Positions 8,311-17,208 of a DNA stretch of 64,000 bases are shown one piece after another. The notes beneath the pieces are model-generated. The model was given only the letters and a program-made list of their open reading frames with translations. It did no database searches and was not told the origin of the DNA. The DNA comes from an uncultured Rhodanobacteraceae bacterium. GTDB lineage: Bacteria > Pseudomonadota > Gammaproteobacteria > Xanthomonadales > Rhodanobacteraceae. Where the stretch lies: the NCBI GenBank assembly GCA_964566965.1, contig CAZMKO010000003.1, forward strand, positions 5,624 through 69,623. The letters are read 5' to 3'. Both the position numbers and the translations under genes were made by a program. Each line of letters starts with the position of its first letter. Positions within the stretch are counted from its first letter, which is position 1.

Positions 8311-9678
8311 CTAGTAGGCGAACTCGCGGAACACCGGATCCACGCTTTCGTGCCATGCGCCGTGGTACAGCTCGAGCTTGCGCTCGGCCGGCGTCTGGTT
8401 GGCTTCCACGAATTCCAGCAACGGCTCCAGGAAGATGGTTTCATCGGCGCCGTGGTCGTTGGTGCGCGCGCGCCGCTTCAGGCCGTGTCCGGCGATTCGA
8501 AGCACCTCGGTCGCCAGCTCGCGCACCGTGGCGTCGCGAAATGGCAGCTTCAGGCCCTGTAGGGGGACGCCGTCGCGCAGGGCGTGGCGCTCTTCGGTGG
8601 TGAAGTCCGCGATCAGTCGCGATGCGGCGTCCAGCGCTTCGTCGTCGTAAAGCAGGCCGACCCACAGCGCCGGCAGGGCGCACAGGCGGTTCCAGGGGCC
8701 GCCGTCGGCGCCGCGCATCTCCAGGAACTGTTTCAGGCGCACCTCGGGGAAGGTCGTGGTCATGTGATCGGACCAGTCGCGCAGCGTGGGCCGCACACCG
8801 GGCAGCTGAGGCAGCTTTCCGGCCAGGAAATCGCGGAAGCTTTCGCCCGCGCAATCGATGTAGCGACCCTCGTGGTAGGTGAAATACATCGGTACATCCA
8901 GCAGGTACTGGACCCAGCGCTCATAGCCGAAATCGTCCTCGAACACGAAGTCCAGCATGCCGGTGCGGTCCGGGTCGGTGTCGGTCCACACGTGTGAGCG
9001 CCACGACAGGTAGCCGTTGGGCCTGCCGTCGGTGAACGGCGAGTCGGCGAACAGCGCCGTGGCCACCGGTTGCAGGGCAAGGCCGACGCGGAATTTGCGG
9101 ATCATGTCCGCTTCGCTGGCGAAATCCAGGTTCACCTGCACCGTACAGGTGCGCGTCATCATGTCCAGGCCGAGGTCGCCCCGGGTGGGCATGTAACGGC
9201 GCATGGTGGCGTAGCGCTCCTTGGGCATCCAGGGCATGTCGGCGCGCCGCCACTTGGGCTGGAAGCCCATGCCGAGAAAACCCATGCCCATGCGCTCGGC
9301 GACCGAGCGCACTTCTTCCAGATGGCAGGTGACTTCGCGGCAGGTCTCGTGAATGGTCGAGACCGGGGCGCCGGAAAGCTCCAGCTGGCCGGCCGGCTCC
9401 AGGGTGATCGAGGCGCCATCGCGCGACAACGCCACCGGCAAATCGCCCTGGCGCACGATATCCCAGCCGTGCGTGGCGGCGATGCCTTCCAGCAACGCCC
9501 GGATGCCGCGTGGCCCGTCGTAGGGCGGGGGCGTCAGGTCGTCCCAGTAGAAGCCGAATTTCTCGTGTTCGGTACCGATGCGCCATTGTTCGCGTGGTTT
9601 CTCGCCCACCGCGAGGCTGGCGACGAGATCGTCGGTACCGGTGATGGGTGTGGCCTTGGCGTGACTGGGGATGGACAC
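8311..9678 (-). CDS. gshA: Glutamate-cysteine ligase (GCS2, plant/alphaproteobacterial type)
   Basis: [10 protein letters not shown]; [13 protein letters not shown]; [14 protein letters not shown]; [18 protein letters not shown]; GTG start after AGGA. Confidence 0.95.
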   Translation of the reverse strand: MSIPSHAKATPITGTDDLVASLAVGEKPREQWRIGTEHEKFGFYWDDLTPPPYDGPRGIRALLEGIAATHGWDIVRQGDLPVALSRDGASITLEPAGQLELSGAPVSTIHETCREVTCHLEEVRSVAERMGMGFLGMGFQPKWRRADMPWMPKERYATMRRYMPTRGDLGLDMMTRTCTVQVNLDFASEADMIRKFRVGLALQPVATALFADSPFTDGRPNGYLSWRSHVWTDTDPDRTGMLDFVFEDDFGYERWVQYLLDVPMYFTYHEGRYIDCAGESFRDFLAGKLPQLPGVRPTLRDWSDHMTTTFPEVRLKQFLEMRGADGGPWNRLCALPALWVGLLYDDEALDAASRLIADFTTEERHALRDGVPLQGLKLPFRDATVRELATEVLRIAGHGLKRRARTNDHGADETIFLEPLLEFVEANQTPAERKLELYHGAWHESVDPVFREFAY

Positions 9679-9813
9679 CGTGGCGTTCCTTTTGCGGGTA
9701 ATCGTTTCACTGTGGGGGCTGCCGACACAAATTGGAAGGGCCCGTGGACACGCGCCGGGTGTCGCGTTGCCGCAGCCTGGTGGTAGGTTGGGGCTTTCCC
9801 CACGGAGTGCGCC

Positions 9814-10851
9814 ATGGCCGACCGCAGGCAATTCATCAAGGCATCATTGTTGGGCGCCTCGGCGCTCGCCGTCGGCGATGTCGCGGCCGGCCCCGGTCCG
9901 GCGCGGGGCGGGACCGGCCATGCCGCCGCGCACCGCGGCGCCCGCGTGGTCTCCACCTGGGACTTCGGCGTGGCCGCCAACCACGCCGCCTGGACGCAGT
10001 TGGGCAAGGGGAAGTCGGCATTGGACGCCGTGGAGGCCGGGGCGCGGGTACCCGAGGCCGACCTGCGCAACCATAGCGTCGGCAAGGGCGGCTATCCGGA
10101 TCGCGACGGCAAGGTTACGCTGGACAGCAGCATCATGGACGCCGATGGCCGTTGCGGCGCCGTGGCGGCGTTGGAGCACGTGACCCATGCCGTGTCGGTC
10201 GCGCGGCGGGTGATGGAGCGCACCCCGCACGTCCTGCTGGCCGGCGACGGCGCGCTGCAGTTCGCGCTCGAGCAGGGGTTCGAGAAGGAAAACCTGCTCA
10301 CGCCACCGGCCGAGAAGGCTTGGCACGATTGGCTCCGGCAGGCCGACTACCAGCCGCGCATCAACAGCGAGGTGCGTGACTACGGCGCCGGTATGCCGGG
10401 TGGTGCCGACAACCACGACACCATCGGTATCCTGGCCCTGGATGAACACGGCCACCTGGCCGGTGCCTGCACCACCAGCGGCATGGCCTGGAAGCTGCAC
10501 GGCCGGGTCGGCGACAGCCCCATCATCGGCGCCGGCCTGTACGTGGACGGCGAGGTCGGTGGTGCCACCTCCACCGGCGTCGGCGAGGAGGTGATCCGCA
10601 ACGCCGGCAGTTTCCTCGTGGTGGAACTGATGCGTCAGGGCCGCTCGCCGGGCGAGGCGTGCCGCGAGGCGGTGATGCGTATCGTCAAGAAACGGCCGCG
10701 CAAGGCGAAAGACCTGCAGGTGGCGTTCCTGGCCATGAACCGGGATGGCGAGGTCGGCGCGTTCGCGATCCAGCACGGGTTTTCCTATGCCGTATGCGAT
10801 GCACGCGACCAGAGCGCGCTGGTCGCGGCCAAGAGCGTGTACGGCACATGA
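9814..10851 (+). CDS. N(4)-(beta-N-acetylglucosaminyl)-L-asparaginase (glycosylasparaginase), Tat-exported
   Basis: Tat motif DRRQFIK; autoproteolysis site NHDTIG; [12 protein letters not shown]. Confidence 0.93.
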   Translation: MADRRQFIKASLLGASALAVGDVAAGPGPARGGTGHAAAHRGARVVSTWDFGVAANHAAWTQLGKGKSALDAVEAGARVPEADLRNHSVGKGGYPDRDGKVTLDSSIMDADGRCGAVAALEHVTHAVSVARRVMERTPHVLLAGDGALQFALEQGFEKENLLTPPAEKAWHDWLRQADYQPRINSEVRDYGAGMPGGADNHDTIGILALDEHGHLAGACTTSGMAWKLHGRVGDSPIIGAGLYVDGEVGGATSTGVGEEVIRNAGSFLVVELMRQGRSPGEACREAVMRIVKKRPRKAKDLQVAFLAMNRDGEVGAFAIQHGFSYAVCDARDQSALVAAKSVYGT

Positions 10852-11594
10852 GCATGCCGATCCTGGAGGTGGCAGCCAACTCGGTCGCGTCGGCCTGTGC
10901 CGCGCAGGCCGGCGGCGCGGAGCGGGTGGAACTGTGCGTGGCCCTGGAACTGGGCGGCCTCACGCCGTCCCATGGCACGATCGCCCTGGTTCGCGAGCGG
11001 CTGGATATCGCCGTCTACGTGCTGATTCGTCCGCGTGGTGGCGATTTCGTCTATCACGACGCGGAAATCGACACCATGTGCCGCGACATCAAAGCCTGCG
11101 CCGCCCTGGGGTGCGACGGCGTGGTGATCGGTGCGCTGGACCGGCACGCTGCCGTGGACCTGGCCGCGTGTCGTGCCTTGGTCGACGCCGCCGGTGCCAT
11201 GGGAGTGACCTTTCACCGCGCTTTCGATCTGACGGTGGACCCGGCCGCCGCCTTGGAGGCCGTGGTGGCGTTGGGGTGCGAGCGCATCCTCAGCTCGGGC
11301 GGGCAGCCCGATGCCATGCAGGGCGCCGAGCAGCTGCGTCGCCTCGTGATCCAGGCTGGCTCGCGCCTGGCCGTGATGCCCGGCGCCGGCGTTCGCGCCG
11401 GGAACATCGCTGCTCTGGCGCGCCGTACCGGTGCCCGCGAGTTTCATGCCTCGGCCAAACGCACGCACCCCACCCGATCGACGGTGTCGACGACGTTTGC
11501 CGACATGGCCGCCGGCGAAACCCGCACCGATCGCGAGGAGGTGCATGCCATGGTCGAGGCATTGCGCGGGACGGAGGGCAACCCGGGCAAGTAG
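10848..11594 (+). CDS. cutC: CutC family protein
   Basis: LEVAANS; ERVELC..LELGGLTPS; LIRPRGGDF; TFHRAFD; ATGA overlap. Confidence 0.93.
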   Translation: MSMPILEVAANSVASACAAQAGGAERVELCVALELGGLTPSHGTIALVRERLDIAVYVLIRPRGGDFVYHDAEIDTMCRDIKACAALGCDGVVIGALDRHAAVDLAACRALVDAAGAMGVTFHRAFDLTVDPAAALEAVVALGCERILSSGGQPDAMQGAEQLRRLVIQAGSRLAVMPGAGVRAGNIAALARRTGAREFHASAKRTHPTRSTVSTTFADMAAGETRTDREEVHAMVEALRGTEGNPGK

Positions 11595-11619
11595 TGGCGG
11601 ATAGCGCTCCGCATCCTGC

Positions 11620-11873
11620 CATCGCCGCCATGGGGCGCTTCCACGGGGGGCATGGATGTCATGAAACCCTTGTGGGGAACCTCGAAAAACCGGACTTTTT
11701 TTACGGGAGCAGCTTCAGCCGCAATGGCAAGATACCCGCAAGCATTGATCGCGGCTGAAGCCGCTCCCACAGGTTGATGTCCCGTATCCGGTTTTTCGAA
11801 GTGCCCTACAGTGGCCTTGATGAAAATGCAGGTTCATCGAGGTGCCTTGTGGGAGCGGCCCCCGGCCGCGATG
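11620..11873. repeat. REP doublet (family 2, degenerate) interrupted by a MITE
   Basis: CATCGCCGCCATGGGGCGCTTCCACG (11620-11645) inverted to TGTGGGAGCGGCCCCCGGCCGCGATG (11848-11873). Confidence 0.75.
11675..11847. mobile_element. MITE-like element with GGGAACCTCGAAAAACC termini carrying a REP doublet (family 1)
   Basis: TIR at 11675, inverted copies ending 11806 and 11847; internal GGGAGC(A/G)GCTTCAGCCGC pair; TGTG on both flanks; homologous copy at 35795-35966. Confidence 0.7.
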
Positions 11874-11877
11874 CTTT

Positions 11878-11908
11878 CCCGAGTCCCGAGTCCCGAGTCC
11901 CGAATCCC
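11878..11908. repeat. Heptamer tandem repeat (CCCGAGT)n
   Basis: CCCGAGTCCCGAGTCCCGAGTCCCGAATCCC; shorter copy at 47583-47599. Confidence 0.8.
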
Positions 11909-11910
11909 AC

Positions 11911-12492
11911 CTACTCCCGCACCACCGCGAACTCCCGCGCATCCTCGCTCCACACCGGGGCGTCCACAATCGCCGGCAGCACATCGTCCGGTGTGGCGAC
12001 CCGTTGCCACATGGCGGCATGTTCCGGGTTCATGAAATGCTCGGCGATGACCTGCTGCATGAAGGCATCCAGCGGTTCGTAGAAGTGCCGGGTATCCAGC
12101 AGGACGATGGGATTGAGGTACAGGCCCAGGCGTTTCAGCGTGATGGCCTCGAACAGCTCCTCCAGCGTGCCGCAGCCGCCGGGCAGGGCGATGACGGCAT
12201 CCGATCCGGTCAGAAGCTTGTGCTTGCGCTCGCGCATGTCGCCGACCAGCTCCAGCTGGGTCAGGCCGGGATGGCCCCATTCCAGGTCGGCCATGAAGCG
12301 CGGCAGGATGCCGATGACTTCGCCGCCTTTGGACAAGGCGCCGTCGGCCACCGCGCCCATGGATCCGGCCGAGCCGCCGCCGTAGACCAGGGTATGGCCG
12401 CCGTCGGCAAGCAGCTCGCCTACACGGTACGCCGCCTCGCGGTAGACAGGATCGGACTGGTTGCTGGAGGCGCAGTAGACACAGATGCGCAT
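11911..12492 (-). CDS. LOG family nucleotide phosphoribohydrolase (TIGR00730)
   Basis: ICVYCASS; LVYGGG..GSMGAVA; MRERK; ALPGGCGTLEEL. Confidence 0.93.
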   Translation of the reverse strand: MRICVYCASSNQSDPVYREAAYRVGELLADGGHTLVYGGGSAGSMGAVADGALSKGGEVIGILPRFMADLEWGHPGLTQLELVGDMRERKHKLLTGSDAVIALPGGCGTLEELFEAITLKRLGLYLNPIVLLDTRHFYEPLDAFMQQVIAEHFMNPEHAAMWQRVATPDDVLPAIVDAPVWSEDAREFAVVRE

Positions 12493-12600
12493 GAGGTGCT
12501 CCCTCAGACTGATGGGTGATCGTGAATCCGCCCATTATCGCGCAGCGCCGCGCGATCGGCACCCCGGTGCCGATCGTCGCCATGGTTCGAAAGAGGTCGC

Positions 12601-12646
12601 AAAAAAAGACATGCCCCGGCCGCGACCGCTGCGACAGCGGCCGGGG
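12601..12646 (-). terminator. Intrinsic terminator of the LysM gene
   Basis: Stem CCCCGGCCGC...GCGGCCGGGG followed on the minus strand by a T7 run (A-tract 12601-12607). Confidence 0.6.
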
Positions 12647-12659
12647 ATGCCTGGAGAAA

Positions 12660-14321
12660 TCAGCCGGTCACGCTGACCTTGCCCGGCAGGGCCACCATGT
12701 TGCGATCCCCGATGTTGCCGTCGCCGGCCTGGGAAATGTGGAACAGACGCTCGGCGGTGCCGTAGTCGTTGCCGCCAAGATTGCGCGCCAAGGCCACGGC
12801 AAAGTCCTGGGTGCTGATCGGCTTGCCGTCGTAGTCCTGGGCCAGGGCCTTGAGCTTGAAATCGGTGCCCTGGGAAGCGTCGATGGCCTTTTGCACATAC
12901 GATTCCAGCTGCCCCATCTCCTCCTGGGTGTAGGTGATGGTCACCGTCTGCCCCGGCTTCACCGGTCCGTCCTTGGCGTTCTCGACGCTGCCGGTCTGGG
13001 CGGCGTTGATGAGTTGCGAGGTGTTGTCGTCGGCCTTGATGGTGTAGCTGTAGGTACGCGCATCGGCAATCTCGTTGCCGTCGGCGTCGAACTTCTGGCT
13101 CATCGTCATCGGCACGTTGTCGCCGTATTGCAAGTCGACGGTGCGCGTCATGCTGCCATCCGGCTCGGTGACCACCACCGAGCTGCCGGTGTTCTTGGCG
13201 CCGTTGACACCGATGCTGACCGGGCCGAGCTTGGCGTCGAACTTGGTCTGTGAGGAGTAGTCCAGTTTCTCGATGGTCTTGACGTTGGCGATGCCGTCGC
13301 CGTTGTCCTCGGGCAGGTTGCCGCCGGCCAGGAAATCGTTGTACGCGGCGCGGCCGGCTTCGGTGGACAGGTCGAATTCGGCCGATTGCAAGGTGGCGTT
13401 GCCGAGGTGGTCGGCACGGCCGAGCATGGCACTGGCCACGCCGAAGTCCACGCCGACGCCGTTGTAGGCATCGATGGCCTCGGTGGGGCCGGCGGTGACG
13501 CGGACCGTGTGGTCATCGGTCTTTTCCACGGCCACGCTGGTGCCGGAGGCCTCGGTGTGGGTGTATTTGTTGGCCAGGTTCTTGAAGGTGGCCTGGAATT
13601 CATTGGTGCTGTAGTGCGACCCGTCGATCTTCACGCTGGTGCCGGTGGGCATCGAATCGGGATCGAACGGATTGACGGAGGCAAGGTCGGTACCGTTGGC
13701 GGTCGCCTCCGGCATGGCCACTTCCCAGGACGACTTGATGCCTTCGGTATGGCCGACTTCGAGGCCGGCCTGCTTGCTGTGCACGCCGGCCTTCAGCGAT
13801 ACCGACACGTCACCGGATACGGTATAGGTGGTGGTGCCATTCTCGGTTTTCTTGCCGGCCGTGGTGCTGGCGTTGGCATCGACGCCGAAGCTGACGCCGC
13901 GGCCCTTGGCGTTGGTCACGTCCTTGCTGAAGCCGGTGCCGGTGGACAGCGATACCGTGCCTGCGTCCGGGTCTACGCCGACCTTGGTCGACTGGTGCGT
14001 TTCGGAGGTGGTCTTGGTGCCGTTGGTGTCGGTTTGGCTGGTTTCGTTCTTTTCCGTTGCCGTGGCGCCGGCATTGACCGGCGTGGCGTTGTTGCCACCG
14101 CCACCGTTGCCGGCCTCGGGGATGGCCAGCCGCATGCCCGCCTGCAGCAACACCGGTGGATGGATCTGCGGGTTGGCGTCGTACAACGCCTGGGCGGAGA
14201 CGCCGTAATCCTTGGCCACGCTTTGCAGCGTTTCGCCGGGAGCCATGACGTGTTCGTTGGCCGCCGGCGGCGACTGCCACTGCTGAAACGGGTTGCCGGA
14301 TGAAATGCCGGGAATGCTCAT
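12660..14321 (-). CDS. LysM-domain protein with large Thr/Gly-rich uncharacterised C-terminal region (candidate effector)
   Basis: HVMAPGETLQSVAKDYGVSAQALYDANPQI...LQAGMRLAIP (LysM); no Sec signal; start MSIPGISSG. Confidence 0.85.
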   Translation of the reverse strand: MSIPGISSGNPFQQWQSPPAANEHVMAPGETLQSVAKDYGVSAQALYDANPQIHPPVLLQAGMRLAIPEAGNGGGGNNATPVNAGATATEKNETSQTDTNGTKTTSETHQSTKVGVDPDAGTVSLSTGTGFSKDVTNAKGRGVSFGVDANASTTAGKKTENGTTTYTVSGDVSVSLKAGVHSKQAGLEVGHTEGIKSSWEVAMPEATANGTDLASVNPFDPDSMPTGTSVKIDGSHYSTNEFQATFKNLANKYTHTEASGTSVAVEKTDDHTVRVTAGPTEAIDAYNGVGVDFGVASAMLGRADHLGNATLQSAEFDLSTEAGRAAYNDFLAGGNLPEDNGDGIANVKTIEKLDYSSQTKFDAKLGPVSIGVNGAKNTGSSVVVTEPDGSMTRTVDLQYGDNVPMTMSQKFDADGNEIADARTYSYTIKADDNTSQLINAAQTGSVENAKDGPVKPGQTVTITYTQEEMGQLESYVQKAIDASQGTDFKLKALAQDYDGKPISTQDFAVALARNLGGNDYGTAERLFHISQAGDGNIGDRNMVALPGKVSVTG

Positions 14322-14382
14322 GTGCCGCACCTTGCATGTCGGGGATACAGGCAGGGTAAGCGTTTGTGCGTCGCCGTGGTAT

Positions 14383-14399
14383 CTGGGGAAAACCCGTAG
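14383..14399. promoter_or_regulatory. Palindromic motif CTGGGGAAAACCCGTAG upstream of the LysM gene
   Basis: First 13 nt identical to the motif at 6387. Confidence 0.45.
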
Positions 14400-14458
14400 T
14401 GGAAGCGGCGCGACCGGTCCATTGTTCCGGGTGCCAAAACCCGTGGCGGGCCCCAGGC

Positions 14459-14540
14459 CACCGCGGCCATGGGCCGCTCCCGCAAAAGGTTTCAGGAAAT
14501 TCCGGACAAACCCTTGCAGGAGCGGCCCATGGCCGTGATG
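14459..14540. repeat. REP doublet (family 2) downstream of rho
   Basis: CACCGCGGCCATGGGCCGCTCCCGCA ... TGCAGGAGCGGCCCATGGCCGTGATG. Confidence 0.85.
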
Positions 14541-14549
14541 CATCTTGTT

Positions 14550-16310
14550 TTACCGCTTCATGGAGTTGAAGAACTCGTCATTGGTCTTGGTGTTCTTCAT
14601 CTTGTCGAGCATGAATTCGATGGCCGCGATTTCGTCCATCGGGTGCAACAGCTTGCGCAGGATCCAGACCTTCTGCAGCAGGTCCGGCGGAATCAGCAGA
14701 TCCTCGCGACGGGTGCCGGAGCGGTTGATGTCGATGGCCGGGTACACGCGCTTCTCGGAGATGCGGCGGTTCAGGTGCACTTCCATGTTGCCGGTGCCCT
14801 TGAATTCCTCGTAGATCACCTCGTCCATCTTGGAACCGGTGTCGATCAGGGCGGTGGCGACGATGGTCAGGCTGCCGCCTTCCTCGACGTTGCGCGCGGC
14901 GCCGAAGAAGCGCTTCGGGCGCTGCAGGGCGTTGGCGTCGACGCCGCCGGTGAGCACCTTGCCGGATGTCGGCACCACGGTGTTGTAGGCGCGGGCCAGG
15001 CGGGTGATCGAGTCCAGAAGGATGACCACGTCCTTCTTGTGCTCGACCAGGCGCTTGGCGCGCTCGATGACCATCTCGGCCACCTGCACGTGGCGTGCGG
15101 CGGGCTCGTCGAAGGTCGAGGAGATGACCTCGGCGCGCACGGTGCGCTGCATTTCGGTCACTTCCTCGGGGCGCTCGTCGATGAGCAGGATGATGACGTG
15201 CGCGTCGGGGTGGTTGTGGGTGATGGCCTGGGCCACGTTCTGCATCATCATCGTCTTGCCGGCCTTGGGCTGGGAGACGATGAGGCCGCGCTGGCCCTTG
15301 CCGATGGGCGAGACCAGGTCGAGGATGCGCCCGGTGATGTCCTCGGTGGAGCCGTTGCCGCGTTCCAGGTGGTACGGGGTGCGCGGGAACAGCGGCGTGA
15401 GGTTCTCGAACAGCATCTTGTTCTTGGATGCTTCGATCGGATCGCCGTTGATGTCGTCCACGCGCAGCAGCGCGAAGTAGCGCTCGCCTTCCTTGGGATG
15501 GCGCACGCGGCCGGTGATGTAGTCGCCGGTGCGCAGGTTGAAGCGGCGGATCTGGCTGGGGCTGATGTAGATGTCGTCGGGGCCGGCCAGGTAGCTTTCG
15601 TCGGCCGAACGCAGGAAACCGAAGCCGTCCTGCAGGATTTCCAGCACGCCCTCGGCCCAGATGCCGCCGCCGGCCCGGGCGTGGGCCTTGAGGATGTTGA
15701 AGATGACATCCTGGCGACGCTGGCGCGCGACGCCTTCCTTGACCCCCAGTGATTCGGCGAACGCCAGCAGGTCGACCGGGTTTTTGCGCTTCAACTCGGT
15801 CAGGTTGATGACGTTGTTGTCGTCGCCGATGTCGGCGTTCTCGTCATCCACCGGCAGGCCGCGCGGATTGTTGCGGCCGCCACCGCGCTGGTTGTTACGC
15901 TCGTTGCGACGACGCCCACGACGGCGCTCGTTGCGGTTGTTGCCGCCGTTCCCGCTGTTGCCGCCCTTGTCGGACCTGTTGTTGTCGCCCTTGCCGGCAT
16001 TGCCGCCTTTGTCGGACCCGCCCTTGTCGGGCTTGTCCGCGTGCGCGTCGTTGCCGCCTTTGTCGGCATGCCCGGCATGGTCGTTCTTGGCGGTATCGCC
16101 CGCGGCGTCACCGCCGTCGGCGGCCTTGGCGTTCTTGCGGCGGCGCGGCTTGGGAGCTTCGCCACTGTTGCCGGGGTCGGGCGCGCCGGCGGATTCGTCG
16201 GGCTTGGCCGCGGCACGCCGCCGTGGCTTGGGCTTGGCGGCATCGGTGGGCAAGGGGGCGTCGGCCGGGGCCGGAGCCGCGGCGGGAGTTTTGTTTTCGG
16301 TGTCAGACAC
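14550..16310 (-). CDS. rho: Transcription termination factor Rho with long N-terminal low-complexity extension
   Basis: [15 protein letters not shown]; [18 protein letters not shown]; [13 protein letters not shown]; GTG start at 16310 preferred over 16325. Confidence 0.97.
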   Translation of the reverse strand: MSDTENKTPAAAPAPADAPLPTDAAKPKPRRRAAAKPDESAGAPDPGNSGEAPKPRRRKNAKAADGGDAAGDTAKNDHAGHADKGGNDAHADKPDKGGSDKGGNAGKGDNNRSDKGGNSGNGGNNRNERRRGRRRNERNNQRGGGRNNPRGLPVDDENADIGDDNNVINLTELKRKNPVDLLAFAESLGVKEGVARQRRQDVIFNILKAHARAGGGIWAEGVLEILQDGFGFLRSADESYLAGPDDIYISPSQIRRFNLRTGDYITGRVRHPKEGERYFALLRVDDINGDPIEASKNKMLFENLTPLFPRTPYHLERGNGSTEDITGRILDLVSPIGKGQRGLIVSQPKAGKTMMMQNVAQAITHNHPDAHVIILLIDERPEEVTEMQRTVRAEVISSTFDEPAARHVQVAEMVIERAKRLVEHKKDVVILLDSITRLARAYNTVVPTSGKVLTGGVDANALQRPKRFFGAARNVEEGGSLTIVATALIDTGSKMDEVIYEEFKGTGNMEVHLNRRISEKRVYPAIDINRSGTRREDLLIPPDLLQKVWILRKLLHPMDEIAAIEFMLDKMKNTKTNDEFFNSMKR

Positions 16311-16552
16311 GAACGGGGACCTCACGGGGCGCCGTTGAAGGAAAGAAGGGGTGCGGAATTTTCCGGATTGGAAAACGCGCGAGCACGGAAGGGCTCGGCG
16401 GACAGCCGCAATCTAGCATTGGCGGCCGGGCGGCGTAAAGCCTTTGTCACGACCATGGTAACAGGTCCGGGCCGGGTACGGCACGACGGCAACCGCGGCG
16501 GCCCGGGGAGCATGGTCATGCCGGCGCCACACGGCGTGGCGCCGGCGGACGC

Positions 16553-16879
16553 TTACAGCGCCTTGTCGACCATGGCGGTCACCTTGCCCTTGGGCACGGC
16601 GCCGACCTGGGTATCCTGGACCTGGCCGTCCTTGAACAGGATCATCGTGGGCACGCCACGGATGGAATAGTTCATGGCGGTCTTCTGCGACTGGTCCACG
16701 TCGACCTTGACCACCTTCACGCGGCCCTCGTACTCGGCGGCCACTTCCTCCAGAACCGGGTTCATGGCCTTGCACGGTCCGCACCAGGTGGCCCAGAAAT
16801 CGACCAGGACCGGGGTATCGGATTTCAGCACCTGGGCGTCGAAATCGCCGTCGCTGACGTGGGTGATGGATTCGCTCAC
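16553..16879 (-). CDS. trxA: Thioredoxin
   Basis: DFWATWCGPCK; rho-trxA-rhlB synteny. Confidence 0.97.
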   Translation of the reverse strand: MSESITHVSDGDFDAQVLKSDTPVLVDFWATWCGPCKAMNPVLEEVAAEYEGRVKVVKVDVDQSQKTAMNYSIRGVPTMILFKDGQVQDTQVGAVPKGKVTAMVDKAL

Positions 16880-17208
16880 AGGGGTTCTCCGTGGTGATGT
16901 GGGAAGCGGGCCGGTGCGGGGGATGCCATGCCCGGATCGCTATCGGTTACACTAATGGGAATGGTCTGGCAAGCGGATGCGCCGTGCACCCGGCCCGGTT
17001 CCCGCCACCTGCCCATTGCAGCGCAAGCGGTATCCGGTTTCAAGCGTCTGCACGCCGTCCCTTCCCGGGCGACCCGCCGGCTTGCGCCGGCTTCCAGTGA
17101 CCAAAATGTGGGCCCTCACCGAATTTGCAAGGGCCCGGCGCGCCGCATCGCGCTTGCATCCTCTTTCAGGGCCCGGCGGATCGTGCCGCCGCCCACGGTT
17201 TCCCATTC

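Noticed and set aside
11620-11908. CRISPR array
   Set aside because: Repeats are inverted pairs and heptamers, not direct repeats with unique spacers; no cas genes.
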